DNA from: Naegleria gruberi
Lineage: Eukaryota
Length of the DNA stretch: 64,000 nt
Assembly (NCBI GenBank): GCA_000004985.1
Contig: GG738917.1
Reading direction: 5' to 3' (one strand)
The notes under the pieces are model-generated. The model had not been told where the DNA came from and made no database searches. It was given only the letters and a program-made list of their open reading frames with translations. Position numbers and translations under genes: made by a program. Of the stretch, positions 52,223-64,000 are shown in pieces (the stretch's first letter is position 1; the number at the start of each line of letters is the position of its first letter).

Positions 52223-55200
52223 ATGGGAGTTGATGGCAGTAATAGTGGAAACTTTACTGAAGTTTCGAATATGATTGCAAACATGGAACAAAATAAGCAA
52301 CTATTCGAAACAATTACATCAAGAGCTACATTTGCTAGACATCATCGAAAACCACAAACTAGCAACAGCACGGAAAATTTAGAAACAAGAACAACATCAA
52401 ATAATTTATACGAAAATTTATTGGAAACTAAAGGTGAAAATATTATTGGTCGTAAATCAAGTAATAGTTCGTGGACAGTAGAGGAAATTCCACTCTCTTC
52501 AAGACAATCTAAAAATTTAATGGAAACTTTAAACGAAACTCAACTAAACCTTACTGTTATTGTTCAAGACGAAAGTGATGATGCAATTATTAGAAGTGAA
52601 AGTGTAAAGAGTGATGAATCAATAACTATTCTAAATGAACTCTATGATGAGAATTCAATATCCGAAACTGAAAACTATTCGAATAGAATGAATGAAAATA
52701 AGAGAACTCCAATTCAGTCCTCAACTTCAAAGAAATTAAAATTTGATGCACTGATTCCAAACTCTATCAAGAATATGTTTCTTAGTACGAAACGTTCTCA
52801 ACCTTCGAATAGTTTATACGAAGAAGAAAAACCCAAAAAAAATACCAAAAATAGAAAATCACCATCCCTTAGAAATGAAGGTGATTCAAATTCATCCACT
52901 TCTTCACCAATTGCTACTCCAAATGTATTAGATTCCATTGATAATAATGAAAACATAATTTCCAATTGGATTTCAATATTTGAAAATTTACAAAAATCTC
53001 AAAAAGAAGGAAATGATTCAACTTCGACCAGTAAGAATGGAAGTATTATTACAGTATCATCACCACCTAATACTACTACTATTGATAATAGCAACAATAC
53101 TCAATTTTGTATGAATGGAAAAGAGTTTATTGATCTTATTCGAATGTCCTATCAGAATCTCTGTAAATCCAATTTAGTCACTTTGGATGGCAAAGTGTTA
53201 TATGCTTTTGTTTCTACATTGATTACAATGAATTTGATGGTAGAATCTTCAACAACAATAGTTTCTAATGATGAAAATTCTATTCGATTATCACTTGCTT
53301 CAAATCTTTGCAGAAACGAAACTTTATTCGAAACTTTAAACCTCACCTTGTATCCAGAAAGAATCAAACAAGAAAAAGAAAAGGTCTTTGATGCATCATT
53401 ACAATTTCTAAAGCATCAAGTCACTTGTCAACCGCCTTGCGCGCAAATTTTCAACTCACAAACTAATAACTCGACAGCTAGCAGCAATTTTAATGATCGT
53501 AACGAACAAGAATTGAACATAGATAAGAATATGCTACTACAACGAAGAGAATCAAAATTATTGCTGTCATTCGAAGAATTTTTAACTGTCAATAATCAAT
53601 GCAAGATGGGATCATCATTATCTCATGAAGATGTAACAAATTCTACTATTTACAAAGCCGAGGATTTAGAAAAACAAGAAAAAACAACAAATAATTCAAC
53701 ATTTAACGAAATGTCATCACATCAATCAAATGACAAATTAGTTGAAGAAAATGCATCACAAACAACAACAACAGACTTGGCAATCTCCAATTCAGCAGCA
53801 AACTTAACATTACTCTCAAATTTAGGAACCAACGTCAGCAATCACATCAAACAACCTTCAAATAATTCTAATTGTAACAATACTCATTCAACAATTTCAT
53901 CCATCACCACTCCTCCATCTTCTTCCAATGAAGAAATCTCCAATCCATCATCATCTACTCCTTCTGGTCCATCTCCTTACGAGTTGAAATTAAAAATTGG
54001 AGAGAAAAATCTTTCAGAATTGAAACAACAATTAAAAGATAGAAAACACAGATATGGTTTTTTAACTCCGACTCAGTTTTTGGAGTTTGGATTGAGGGCT
54101 GGTTTTGATGAGGAGGAGTTTGCTTCGATATTTGCAGTTACTTATTCAACATTAATGTCAGCTCATCAATTAATTCCACAAATGCAATATGTGATGAAAA
54201 TTATTCTAAATGATGAGAAACTTCCAAAACCAATTACTGATGAAGAGGATGAAGAGGATGAGGATGGAGATTCTGGTGATCAGAATAGAGGTTCATTCTT
54301 GGAAGATGACTGTAAATTATCCAAAGAAGAAAAGAATAATGTTATTGGAAGAGTTTCTCGATTCTTAAAACAATTTGTACTTTTATCATTTTCTGATTTT
54401 AAATATGATAAGCAATTCCATGAGATACTGTATTCATTTGTTGCTCCATTGATTGGGTTTATTGATTTTGAGGCAAGTAATGGAGCTTTAATTCAGGAAC
54501 AAGTTGTTGATTTGGTTGAGAGAATTACACTTGTAATATCGGGAGCTCACGAAGATCAGTTTTGTCAAACTGAAGTTGCTCCAAAACCTCTTATCAAAAA
54601 GCTGCCAACTGATCCAAGAAAAATCAATCTTATAGATATTGATCCAGTTGAGATTGCAAGACAATTGACACTTTTTGAATTTAGCTCATTTGAGAAATTG
54701 AGTGCTAAAGAATTATTGGGAGCTTCTTGGATGAAAGATTCCAAAGAGTGGACAGCACCAAATGTCACCCAATTAATTTGGAGATCTAATCAGCTTACTG
54801 ATTGGGTCAGCACTTTTATTTGTAGTATAACTAATTTAAAGGATAGAAAAAAAGCTCTGAAACATTTAATTCATGTAGCAGATGCTTGTCTCGAGATTCA
54901 TAACTATAATACTGTATTTGAAATTGTAATGGGTCTGATTTCTCAACCTGTTTACCGATTAAAGAAAACTTGGGAAGTACTCAAGGAGAATGATTTACAA
55001 CGAGTTTGGAAACGATTGGAAGATATAACAAGTTTCCCTGGTAATAGAAGAGTTTACAGAGATCAGATACAAAAGGTCATTAAGGAATCTGTGGTAAAGA
55101 TGACTCCTTGTCTGCCCTATCTCGGAGTTCACTTGAGTGATTTGGTCTTTTTCGATGAAGGAAACAAGGATTCAATGGAGAAGGGAATCACTACTTTTTA

Positions 55201-55378
55201 CAATTGTACAAAACGATCATGTATGGGTCAAATTGTTTACCAAATTATTGCTGTTAAGAAAATTCCATATAACTTCCAAAAAGTTGACTTGATAGAACAA
55301 TTCATTTGGTGGCAATTTAATAGTAAGGTGCTACATGACGAAAATGAACGAGATAAGCTTTCTAAAAAGTGTGAATAA
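52223..55378 (+). CDS. Ras guanine-nucleotide exchange factor (Cdc25-family RasGEF with REM/RasGEF-N domain) with long Asn/Ser-rich N-terminal region
   Basis: The C-terminal 450 aa match the RasGEF catalytic domain (IDPVEIARQLTLFEFSSFEKLSAKELLG...WVSTFICS...NYNTVFEIVMGL...PCLPYLGVHLSDLVF). A REM-like block precedes it. ATG verified. It is a single exon. Confidence 0.8.
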   Translation: MGVDGSNSGNFTEVSNMIANMEQNKQLFETITSRATFARHHRKPQTSNSTENLETRTTSNNLYENLLETKGENIIGRKSSNSSWTVEEIPLSSRQSKNLMETLNETQLNLTVIVQDESDDAIIRSESVKSDESITILNELYDENSISETENYSNRMNENKRTPIQSSTSKKLKFDALIPNSIKNMFLSTKRSQPSNSLYEEEKPKKNTKNRKSPSLRNEGDSNSSTSSPIATPNVLDSIDNNENIISNWISIFENLQKSQKEGNDSTSTSKNGSIITVSSPPNTTTIDNSNNTQFCMNGKEFIDLIRMSYQNLCKSNLVTLDGKVLYAFVSTLITMNLMVESSTTIVSNDENSIRLSLASNLCRNETLFETLNLTLYPERIKQEKEKVFDASLQFLKHQVTCQPPCAQIFNSQTNNSTASSNFNDRNEQELNIDKNMLLQRRESKLLLSFEEFLTVNNQCKMGSSLSHEDVTNSTIYKAEDLEKQEKTTNNSTFNEMSSHQSNDKLVEENASQTTTTDLAISNSAANLTLLSNLGTNVSNHIKQPSNNSNCNNTHSTISSITTPPSSSNEEISNPSSSTPSGPSPYELKLKIGEKNLSELKQQLKDRKHRYGFLTPTQFLEFGLRAGFDEEEFASIFAVTYSTLMSAHQLIPQMQYVMKIILNDEKLPKPITDEEDEEDEDGDSGDQNRGSFLEDDCKLSKEEKNNVIGRVSRFLKQFVLLSFSDFKYDKQFHEILYSFVAPLIGFIDFEASNGALIQEQVVDLVERITLVISGAHEDQFCQTEVAPKPLIKKLPTDPRKINLIDIDPVEIARQLTLFEFSSFEKLSAKELLGASWMKDSKEWTAPNVTQLIWRSNQLTDWVSTFICSITNLKDRKKALKHLIHVADACLEIHNYNTVFEIVMGLISQPVYRLKKTWEVLKENDLQRVWKRLEDITSFPGNRRVYRDQIQKVIKESVVKMTPCLPYLGVHLSDLVFFDEGNKDSMEKGITTFYNCTKRSCMGQIVYQIIAVKKIPYNFQKVDLIEQFIWWQFNSKVLHDENERDKLSKKCE

Positions 55379-55441
55379 ACTTTTAAGGCATTTCCAAAAC
55401 AATGAAACAGGCATATTCCAAGAACTTTGGCTATCGATTTA

Positions 55442-57909
55442 TTAAACATTTGGAGTGGCAACGTTACCTCCTGAAGCAACTGGAGGGGCAACACCTTTTC
55501 CTCCTTCATGTCCACAACATGAACAAGTAAAGCAACAACAGAGAGGACAAATACAGCTACTGAGTTGTTCTATCTTGATATTCTCTTCAATGAATCTATT
55601 CAAACTCTTAGTACAGAAACGAGGAATGGTCGGATCATTGGTTCTCATTTCCATTTCAATCAAGAAGCATTGTAAAACAGTATCAATAGCACATTGGATA
55701 ATAACGCAGAACAAACTAGCTACTGCGAAACCAATAATAAAAGCAATAGCAGCCAAGAAGATTGGATTTGAAATTTCCTTTTGATCAGTGTTAAGGAAGG
55801 TAGTCTTTGCAGCAATACCGTATGTGAAAAGGCATGTCAAGGCAGAAACAGCTAATTTGGAAAGAACCAAAACAGCTGTACTCAAACTTTGAGTAATAGA
55901 CATTTGAATTGGATTTCTAATCATCAATAAGAAGGCATTCTTTGCAGATGTAAGGAAGCCAGTACCATACATGGCACATTGAACGTAAGCTTGTCTGTTC
56001 AAGAATTTGATAATCTTTTCAATAATCCACAAGACTGCTCTGACATACCAACCACATCCCTTAACAATACGATTACCCTTAGAGGCTGTTTCCAATTCTC
56101 TTTGAATCTTTTCAAAGATCAATCTTAACATTTGAATAATAGCAACAATCAATGAACCAAAAGCAGCAGTACCAAGATGGAAAACGGCTGTTCTTACAAA
56201 AGCTCTGACAACTGGCATACCCAAAACGAATCTCTTTTCTCTTCTCCAATACCAAGAGGCAATAGCACCACTCAAAGATAAAAATTCAGCTGCTTGAATA
56301 AATGCTAAAATCCATAAACCACCAAAGATGTGATATGCGAAAATTGCTCTAGTCCAGGTGGTCATTGTATATTTCACAGCACCTCCTGAAATATGAGTAT
56401 CTCCTGAAGAGTACAAGAAGATACTGACAACACACCAATAAGCAGCAAAAAGACCAATAATAATAGCAAAAATAATTGGCATAATGAGAACCTGTGGCAT
56501 GTACATGATAGACTTGGAGCTTTCTTGAATAATACCAATAGCTCTTCTAATTCTCATAATGAAAATAGCAGAAACAATAGCAATTAATAAACCAATTGCC
56601 ATTGAAGCAACACCACACCATAAAATAACTTGAGAAACAGTGGTTGAAAGCCCCTTCAATTTCATTACTTGACTTTGAGTGTAACCATAGTAGGTCATGA
56701 AAGCACCCAATCCAAGGAAAGATAAAACGCAAATAATTAAGGTAAGATAGACAACAACACCAGAGAAAATTCTAATGAAAAGCAAAGTAGCAAAACCGAG
56801 AATCATGGCAATAAGAAGGGCAGCAAACAATACTTTCCAACCTCGTGTGATATCATCCCAGAAAGTGCTTACTACATTACTGGCTTCATCAATAATTGAA
56901 GAATAATTTCCACCCAATTTCAACTTGGAAATTGTATCAATAATTTGACTTGCACTTGTGTTGGTAAGACTGATAGTAGGAACACATCTATTCACAACAT
57001 CCTTTAAAAGAGTTAATATCAATAAAATTATTTAAATACTTACATAATAAGTCAATTGTGTTGAAACAGCTTTTGTAATGTCATTGACAGGGAAAATCTC
57101 ATCTCTATCTACTCTCTTGGCACTACAATAACTCAAAAATGGAATGTCAAAACCAGCAAGTTCATATGATGATGTAGTTAATTCTGGTGGACAATCAGCA
57201 GTTCTGTTCAAAAGTTCCAAAATAGTATCACCTGTAGATCTCAATCCAGGACAATAGCTCACACACTAAATTTTTTAAGAAATATTGAATTATCTCACTA
57301 CTTACAATACCACCATAATAGAACGGATCCAAAACTTCCATAAACCACAAATAAGCCTGAGAACTAAGATCAGTCTTCAATGGCTTTACTTTCTGTTCAC
57401 ACAAAGCCATGGCTGTAGTATTCTTTCCACTATCAGAATTAATACAATCGATATCATAAGGTATTTTAATTACATTTGCAGATTCATTCTTGTTGTCTTG
57501 TCCGCAAGTTCTTCCCATATAATCCGTACCATCTATATGAAACATCAAATATTACATGATGAAATTTTAATACAATTAATATACAATTAATTGCTGAAAT
57601 AATTAACTTACAATACAATTTGCTTGGTGTTCCGTATTTGAAAGCAATGACTGCAATAGCAATCATACCAAGACAATATAAAACAAATAATATTAAACAA
57701 GGTATATCAGTAGGAAAACGTCCCTTTTTCTTTACACGAGTAATTTGAGGATTATACTTGGTGGCTTCATTAAAATTTGGTTTATACTTGGCATCTTCTG
57801 GTTCACGATCATCATCAGAATTATAATCGAGTTTACTGAATGATTCACCCTCTTTTGGTTCATCATCTTCATTACTGCCGGAATGACAAAAAGAAGGACA
57901 AGATGGCAT
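55442..57909 (-). CDS. choline transporter-like (CTL/SLC44) family membrane protein, 4 exons (57612..57909, 57306..57532, 57044..57265, 55442..57001)
   Basis: CTL hallmarks are present (KYNPQ...RFPTDIPCLILF, DGTDYMGRTCGQDN, a large Cys-rich extracellular loop, about 10 TM helices, and a C-terminal Cys-rich motif CPLCCCFTCSCCG). Introns are 79, 40 and 42 nt (GTAAGT donors; TAG/AAG acceptors). Phases are consistent and the exon lengths sum to 769 codons. Confidence 0.7.
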
Positions 57910-58396
57910 CCTATTGTTTTTGTTTGAAATAATACAATTAGAAAATTAGAAAAAGTTTGGCGGGAAAATAGATAATAGGTCTATTGATATGATGCTGCTA
58001 ATATCAGCTGATGATGGCGTGTAATTAAATGATGACGAAAAAGCCTAAATCGAGGCAATTTTTTGTATCTTGAAAAAATTCTCTTCAAAGGTGATGGTGC
58101 AACAACTCTCTTGCTGGTCATGATGTTGTCCACAGGATTATGACTGCTATTCGTTGAAAATCTTCTCGAACGTTTAGCTACAGTAAAATAAGTACCTTGT
58201 TCTTGAGAGAGAAATAAAAGCATAATTGTGAAGTTTTAATCGTCGCATGTCAAGGAATTTGTACCACTTGAATTAGAAACCAACAAAGCAGAACATCTGA
58301 ACAGAACTTATTAAATAGTTAATGATTGGTTGTTTATGGAGGAATTAGAAGGCAGTAAAGGAACGAGGATAAAGAATTCAATACTTAAATACTGGG

Positions 58397-60223
58397 TTAT
58401 TGAGTCTTGACTTTCTTATTGACCTTCTTCTTGCAGCAACAAATTGCAAAAAGTATTATTGGACCAATGATCAGTGAGGCACAGATAATGAGGAAAGTTC
58501 TCATGATATTCACTTTTTCAATGGCAAAGAGTTTGTGTTCTGTGGAAACAAATTGTTCACTACCAAAGAGAGCTACTTGACGAATGATAGTGGCAGCTGA
58601 AAGAGAGGCTGGTGACAGTGTGGAAGTGGCATTTGATTCCAATACTCTTTGGAGAATTTCTCTATTTACACCCAATGCAGCCATTTCCTTATTGATGAGT
58701 TTGATTGTTTCCATTTTTTGAGAAATTTCATTTGATTTTTCTAATAAGAATCGAATGCTCTTAATTGTTTCTTCTTGATTTTCCAAATCATGGATTGTTT
58801 TTCCTATTCCTGCATCTTCTGCTCTGATGGAATTCAAGAATTGATCTCCAAATATTGGGAATAAGAGTAGAGGAACTGTGGCATCAATAGATTCGAAAAG
58901 TGAGTGAGCTCCAGCATGAGAAACAAATATAGAAACAACAGGGTGTCTCAATACTTCCACTTGTTTGACCCATTTCTTAATGAGAATTTGCTTAGACCAT
59001 TCCTTATCCATCGAAGAATCTCCAAATATCTTATCCTTATTCTCAGAGTTTGAGACAAAGAGAATATTGAGGGACGGGTCAGATTTCATGATTGCTTGTA
59101 TCATCTTTCTGGTATGATCAAGGGAAATTATGACCTTAGTGCCAAATGCAATGTAAACAACCTTCTTCTTTTTACCAGCAATCGCATCAAGCCATACCAT
59201 TTCATCTTGAATTTCATCGATAGAGGTATTCGAATCACTTCCAATTATTTGTCTGGTTGCTGGTGATTTTTCAATATGATTGAACCCAACAAATTTATGA
59301 TTTTGTGGAACTGGGAATGAATATTCGAAAATACCTGGAATAGTGAAATGAATTGTCACTTTGTCATTTGTTTCAAAGAATGGACCAGATACTGCTGGTA
59401 ATCCAAGTTCTTCCCTGAGTTTAGTTACTTCACCAAGAGTTGGATAAGCCATCTTGATAAATTCAATGAATTCAAATACTTGCTCCTGCAACTGAGTCTT
59501 CAAATAGGAAACAATGCCATCACGTTCTAAAATTGCCCTTCCTCTAGATAAACTAGTTTCAGCAATTGGCAGTTGAGGTAAATAGGATGGTCCACCAGAG
59601 TATCCATACATAATTGGTGGAGTGTCAATAATCACAAATTCAATTCCTTCAAATTGAGACCACTCCAACACTGAGCTAAATAATCCATCAATAACAAGTA
59701 ATAATCTAATTTTTCCTTCTCTACTTTGCTTCAAAGTATTGGCCAAAGATAGGTCACAATTTGATTTTTCATTGAACAAATCTTTGATTCCAACAATTCC
59801 CATTTCATAGGCCTTAGAAATTATGGTAAATGCTGCCTTAAATCTATCCATCTTTGGAATCTCACTCTTTGCATAGACTGAGAGATTATCCATTGTTTCT
59901 TTGAAATTAAATCTATCGTCAATTTTACATTGAATAATGTTGAACTTTCCATCATGGTCAATTTCAAAATCATTCACAAAGGAAACAAAATGAATATTTT
60001 GCTTTCTAATTCCAGACACAATTGAGTATGCTTTTGCCAATGCCTGAAAATCCCGAACATGAGAACTGTCTGGTACTGTTAAAAAGACAACCACTTGTTC
60101 CTTGTGGCTATAATTCGGAACTGTTTGTGCTTTGATTTCCATGAATAATACTAATAGTAACAACCCGATGACCGTGAACACAGTACGTGTGGCCAAAGGT
60201 TTCATACAATGTTGTGTAGACAT
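58397..60223 (-). CDS. UDP-glycosyltransferase (UGT superfamily, GT1) with signal peptide and C-terminal TM anchor
   Basis: It carries the canonical UGT signature W-x2-Q-x2-VLRHPVVSIFVSHAGAHSLFESIDATVPLLLFPIFGDQFLN. There is an N-terminal signal/anchor and a C-terminal TM helix followed by a basic tail (CCKKKVNKKVKTQ). ATG verified. Confidence 0.8.
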   Translation of the reverse strand: MSTQHCMKPLATRTVFTVIGLLLLVLFMEIKAQTVPNYSHKEQVVVFLTVPDSSHVRDFQALAKAYSIVSGIRKQNIHFVSFVNDFEIDHDGKFNIIQCKIDDRFNFKETMDNLSVYAKSEIPKMDRFKAAFTIISKAYEMGIVGIKDLFNEKSNCDLSLANTLKQSREGKIRLLLVIDGLFSSVLEWSQFEGIEFVIIDTPPIMYGYSGGPSYLPQLPIAETSLSRGRAILERDGIVSYLKTQLQEQVFEFIEFIKMAYPTLGEVTKLREELGLPAVSGPFFETNDKVTIHFTIPGIFEYSFPVPQNHKFVGFNHIEKSPATRQIIGSDSNTSIDEIQDEMVWLDAIAGKKKKVVYIAFGTKVIISLDHTRKMIQAIMKSDPSLNILFVSNSENKDKIFGDSSMDKEWSKQILIKKWVKQVEVLRHPVVSIFVSHAGAHSLFESIDATVPLLLFPIFGDQFLNSIRAEDAGIGKTIHDLENQEETIKSIRFLLEKSNEISQKMETIKLINKEMAALGVNREILQRVLESNATSTLSPASLSAATIIRQVALFGSEQFVSTEHKLFAIEKVNIMRTFLIICASLIIGPIILFAICCCKKKVNKKVKTQ

Positions 60224-60944
60224 TTTTTTGGTTTTGGTTTGGCTATCTCGTGGAAATATCGTCTCCCTTTTGAAGTGGAGTTTTGAGAGGGAAGAATACT
60301 ATCAAAAATGCTTTGACGGTATTATGGCGGAAATGAGAGCGGGTCCAAGGAAATACAAATTTGGCATGTGTGCGTTGTTGAGCTTGGGTTTCAACTGTAA
60401 TTATTTTACAATTTTTATGAGAATTTGAGCGGTCATCAAAATCTCTAAGGTTTTTTTGTTTTGTTGAAGTTCTTAGCAAAATTGATTTCTTTCATAAAGG
60501 CTTGAAAGAATACTTCATGCATGGTTGACTTGTTCGATATTAAACCTAATGTCACAAGATTGTTCCTACTCTTGTTAGTTCTTTCATTTTAAACTAAACA
60601 ATTCAAATCCTAAGAATGCTTACTTGAAATAATTATCACCACCTCACCCAAACTGATCGCCTTACTGCTTATGAGCCGAAATGATTGAGAATCTTTGTGG
60701 CGCCTTCATAAATCTACGAATTTCCAAAAATCAACCAAAAAGGGCCGAAAGCAAGTTAAAAAAATAGAACAATATTCTCGCTCTAGGTTGTAGTCATACA
60801 AAGAACTCTCAGTAATAGTTCATCATTTCAAATCGTCATCACTAATAGGTCGGCTAGGAATTTTTGAAATTATTCAAAGCTTTGAAAAAGTTCAAAATTG
60901 TATTATATTGAATATTAAATTGTAATTAATAATTATAGGAAATA

Positions 60945-61313
60945 ATGGGAGCCAAATGTGCAAAGGATGATACTACCAGCTCATCTAAAGTTGAGGATAA
61001 TTCAAAGAGTAAATCGGAAGAGAGAAAAAACACTCCTCCGAAAGAAAAGAGAGAATTAAAAATTTATACAATGGATGATGTAGCCAAATCGGAATGTTGG
61101 ATGGTTGTGGATGGATATGTGGTGGATTGCACTGGGTTTGATAAAGACCACCCTGGTGGTGCCTATGCAATTGTACAATATGCCAAAAAGGATGCAACTG
61201 ATATATTTCTCTCATCACATGGCAAACGAGGTGTTGCCAAAATGAAGGCATTAGCCATTGGAACAATAGATGGTTATAAGGATATCGGAAAACAACTAGC
61301 AGATATAAATTAA
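60945..61313 (+). CDS. cytochrome b5-like heme-binding domain protein
   Basis: The 122-aa protein has the cyt-b5 motif (HPGGAYAIVQYAKKDATDIFLSSH) with paired His ligands. ATG verified. Confidence 0.65.
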   Translation: MGAKCAKDDTTSSSKVEDNSKSKSEERKNTPPKEKRELKIYTMDDVAKSECWMVVDGYVVDCTGFDKDHPGGAYAIVQYAKKDATDIFLSSHGKRGVAKMKALAIGTIDGYKDIGKQLADIN

Positions 61314-61370
61314 TTATCAATTTTCAATTAGGACCTTTAAAGTACCTGTCATGATTGTGAACTTGTTGGG

Positions 61371-63347
61371 ATGAAAAAGTTCTTTTTTGTAAACCATCAA
61401 ATATTAGACATTAAAAAATACCTCAACATGAATTGTCGCGAATCGGTTGATATTTATATTTCTGCCAACAACTTGCAGAGAATGGATCTACTTTCCAAGA
61501 GTGATCCATTTGCAAAATTGTATTATATGGGACCATCAACGAGTGGATCATCCAATCAACCAATAATTAGTACCTCATTCACATGTTTAGGAAAAACGGA
61601 AACAATTCAAAATAATTCCAATCCATCATTTGCTAAAAAGTTCAGTCTTTATTATTATTTTGAATATTCACAGAAATTAAATGTAGAAATCTATGATGAT
61701 GATGGTAAAAACAATTCACAACTCATGGGAAAAACACAAGAATTCACCCTCTCTCAGGTTATCTGTTCACGAGATGGTAAATTTAAAGTTAATCTTGTAA
61801 ATACTTCAGGAAAAGTTGTTGGACAAGTTTTTCTTCATGCTGAGAAAGTCGTAAAACAAGCTGATGTCAATCCATTCTCAGAAGAAAGAGAAAGATTGGC
61901 TTTCCAACGATTTTCAACTCTTTCCTACCAAGCTCTTAGGGATTTAGTAATGGAAATTCCAAAAGTTGTCCCTACCGATGTCAAATACGTTCATTTCGTT
62001 TGTTGTGCTAGAAATCTTGATAAGAAGTAAGTTAATTTCATTGGCTTTTAATTCAAACTTGTTAATTTTAGGGATCTGTTTGGAAAGTCGGATGGATTTT
62101 TCTATTTTGAAAAGGATGTTGCCTCTCGTAGAGAAAAGTTATATCAAAGTGAGGTTATTCAAAAGAATTTAAATCCTGATTGGGCCACCTTCTCTCTTAA
62201 TTTGGATTTGTTTAACAATGATTTCAATAAGAATATTCATGTTAAATGTTATGATCATGATAAACATTCAGATGCTGACCTCATCGGTGAATTCAGTTTC
62301 ACTTTGGATGAAGTGATCAACCAAGGAAAAAAACAATTCGACCTTATAGAGCCAACTCTTGCTTCTAAAAAGAAAAATTACAAAAATTCTGGCATCTTTG
62401 AATTTACAGATTGTCAAATAATTATAAAGCAAGAGCCAAAACAAAATCCAGAATTATCAATTTACAATCAAGTAATAGCACTAAAAGAAAACAGAAATGC
62501 AGAATTTATGGACTATTTATTTGGTGGATGTTCAATTTCAGTTTCTGTTGGAATTGATTTTACTGGTTCTAATAGAGCATACACTGAGTCGAATTCTCTC
62601 CATCATTTGAGTGGAAAACAAAACCAATATCAACAAGCTCTCTCTCAAGTAATGAATATTTTGGAACCTTATGATGTGGACAAGATGTATGCTGGTAGGT
62701 ATTTGATTGAATTATTATCAAATTAACAATGAAAAGCCTATGGTTATGGAGCTACTGTAGATGGTAAAGGAATGAAGCCAATGTTTAATTTATCCCTCAC
62801 AGATCAGGAGGAATTGCATGGAGCTCAAGAAATATTAACTGCCTATGCAAATGCTCTCCCTAGATTATCATTTGGAGATATGGGAAGTGCCACCAATCCA
62901 AAAACAAAACAAAGATATTGGGGAGATGACTTTTACAGACTCATTGAGTGTGTTGTTGAAAAAACTCCAAAAATCCATCAAAACCATCAGTTCTATAACA
63001 TTCTTCTTCTCATAATTGATGGAGATTCATTTGACATGCAATCAACAATTAATTCAATCGTCGATGCAAACGATAAGCCAATTTCAATCATTATTGTTGG
63101 TGTTGGAAATAGTAATTTCAGTAATTGCAGAAAATTTGATGCTGACGACGAACCTCTCGTTCATAGCAATGGAAAGAAGATGACAAGAGACATTGTTCAA
63201 TTCGTTAGATTTGCAGATTGTTCCTCAGTTGAAGAATTGGCCAAGCAAGTATTAGCAGAGGTTCCAAAACAATTAGTAACCTTCTTTGAGGCTAAGAAAA
63301 TTGTGCCAAACCCTAGACCTTTCATCCAACAACCACCATACTATTAA
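61371..63347 (+). CDS. copine (C2-C2-vWA), 3 exons (61371..62026, 62072..62694, 62737..63347)
   Basis: C2A has LLSKSDPFAKLYY. C2B has DLFGKSDGFFYFEKD...LNPDW. The vWA/copine domain has VSVGIDFTGSNRAYTES...MYA|AYGYGA...IIDGD...IIIVGVGNSNF. Introns are 45 and 42 nt (GTAAGT/GTAGGT donors, TAG/AAG acceptors). The phases are conserved and restore the copine YG(F/Y)GA motif. Confidence 0.7.
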
Positions 63348-64000
63348 GTGCACACCCCCAAGAAATGAAATGTTAAATATTGCATGTTCACAATCAAAGT
63401 CACCACCCCATTGAATTGGAAAGAAAGAGGTCACACCCAATAAATATAACAATCTTTACATGTGATTCAAACAGCATGTTGTGTGAAATCAGCGAATTTT
63501 CTTTTAACAATGTATGTTAAATGACCAATTCCTTAAACAGCTATCAAGTGATGATATCAACATTGTTGAATGAATTAATTCACACAATTTCCCTACAAGA
63601 TCAAATATCTTCTTTGAGTCCTCACTTTGCAGTGAAAAAATCTAAAGAGCGAACCTACTACTACAGCACATTATTTAACATACCATTGTAAACTAACTCT
63701 CGCTATTAATTTCTTTCCTTGTTGCTCTCATCACAAGCCCAGTACCAATCTGGGAACCAAACCTCCATTTGTACTGACCATGTTTTAATTCGTAAAAAAC
63801 TCCTCAACACCTACCATCAATTTTCTCCTTTCCTTTAACACAAAAACAGCAACACACTATCCTCTCTTCAATTATAAAGTGTTGAGTTTTATTGTGTTAT
63901 AGTGTGCAAGATAATAGTAATTAGACAACACAATATAATTTCTTGCAAGCTGTTAGGCAAATAATTGTCTGAATATTCAAATCCTTGTCGTGTTTTTGTA

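Noticed and set aside
1-64000. Possibility that the window is bacterial, plasmid or organellar (because of the pan gene cluster)
   Set aside because: There are multiple spliceosomal introns with consistent phases and eukaryotic cytosolic-type tRNAs. The genes encode eukaryote-specific proteins (RasGEF, copine, CLPTM1, BTB, SPRY, Timeless, eS6). There are no Shine-Dalgarno or operon structures. Non-ATG starts in the ORF track are a track convention, not evidence of bacterial starts.

Overview
This 64-kb window looks like nuclear DNA from an AT-rich (about 65% AT), gene-dense, intron-poor eukaryote, probably a protist. It is not prokaryotic or organellar: genes are monocistronic on both strands, introns are short (40-115 nt) with GTAAGT/GTATGT/GTAGGT donors and (T)AG acceptors, there are three eukaryote-type tRNA genes, and proteins carry Asn-, Ser- and Lys/Glu-rich low-complexity tracts. 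The gene content (Cdc25-type RasGEF, copine, CLPTM1, choline-transporter-like, UDP-glycosyltransferase, cycloeucalenol-cycloisomerase-like membrane protein, Timeless) points to an amoebozoan-like or other free-living protist lineage, but this is inference from sequence alone. I count about 40 protein-coding genes, about 10 of them with 1-3 introns, plus 3 tRNAs (Arg-TCT, Leu-CAA, Asp-GTC) and one 550-nt run of N (assembly gap, 35751-36300). Several ORFs in the supplied track begin with TTG/GTG/CTG shown as M, so I moved those 5' ends to the first in-frame ATG where I could check it. Splice-site coordinates are hand-derived and may be off by 1-2 nt. The most notable content is: (i) three paralogous genes, all on the minus strand, for secreted, extremely basic Gly/Arg/Lys/Ser-repeat proteins sharing a signal peptide, a TASQCRGP motif and a conserved C-terminal 8-Cys domain (18.4-20.1 kb, 22.1-23.3 kb, 30.9-32.1 kb); (ii) a divergently transcribed pantothenate-biosynthesis pair made of an apparent PanB-PanE fusion gene and panC; (iii) a head-to-head pair of putative sterol-modifying enzymes (Rieske non-heme-iron oxygenase and a cyclopropyl-sterol-isomerase-like membrane protein); (iv) a small secreted, probably GPI-anchored protein with an LPMO-like His1 N-terminus; (v) a divergent fibrillarin-like methyltransferase; (vi) an eS6 (RPS6)-like gene with unusual 5' exons.
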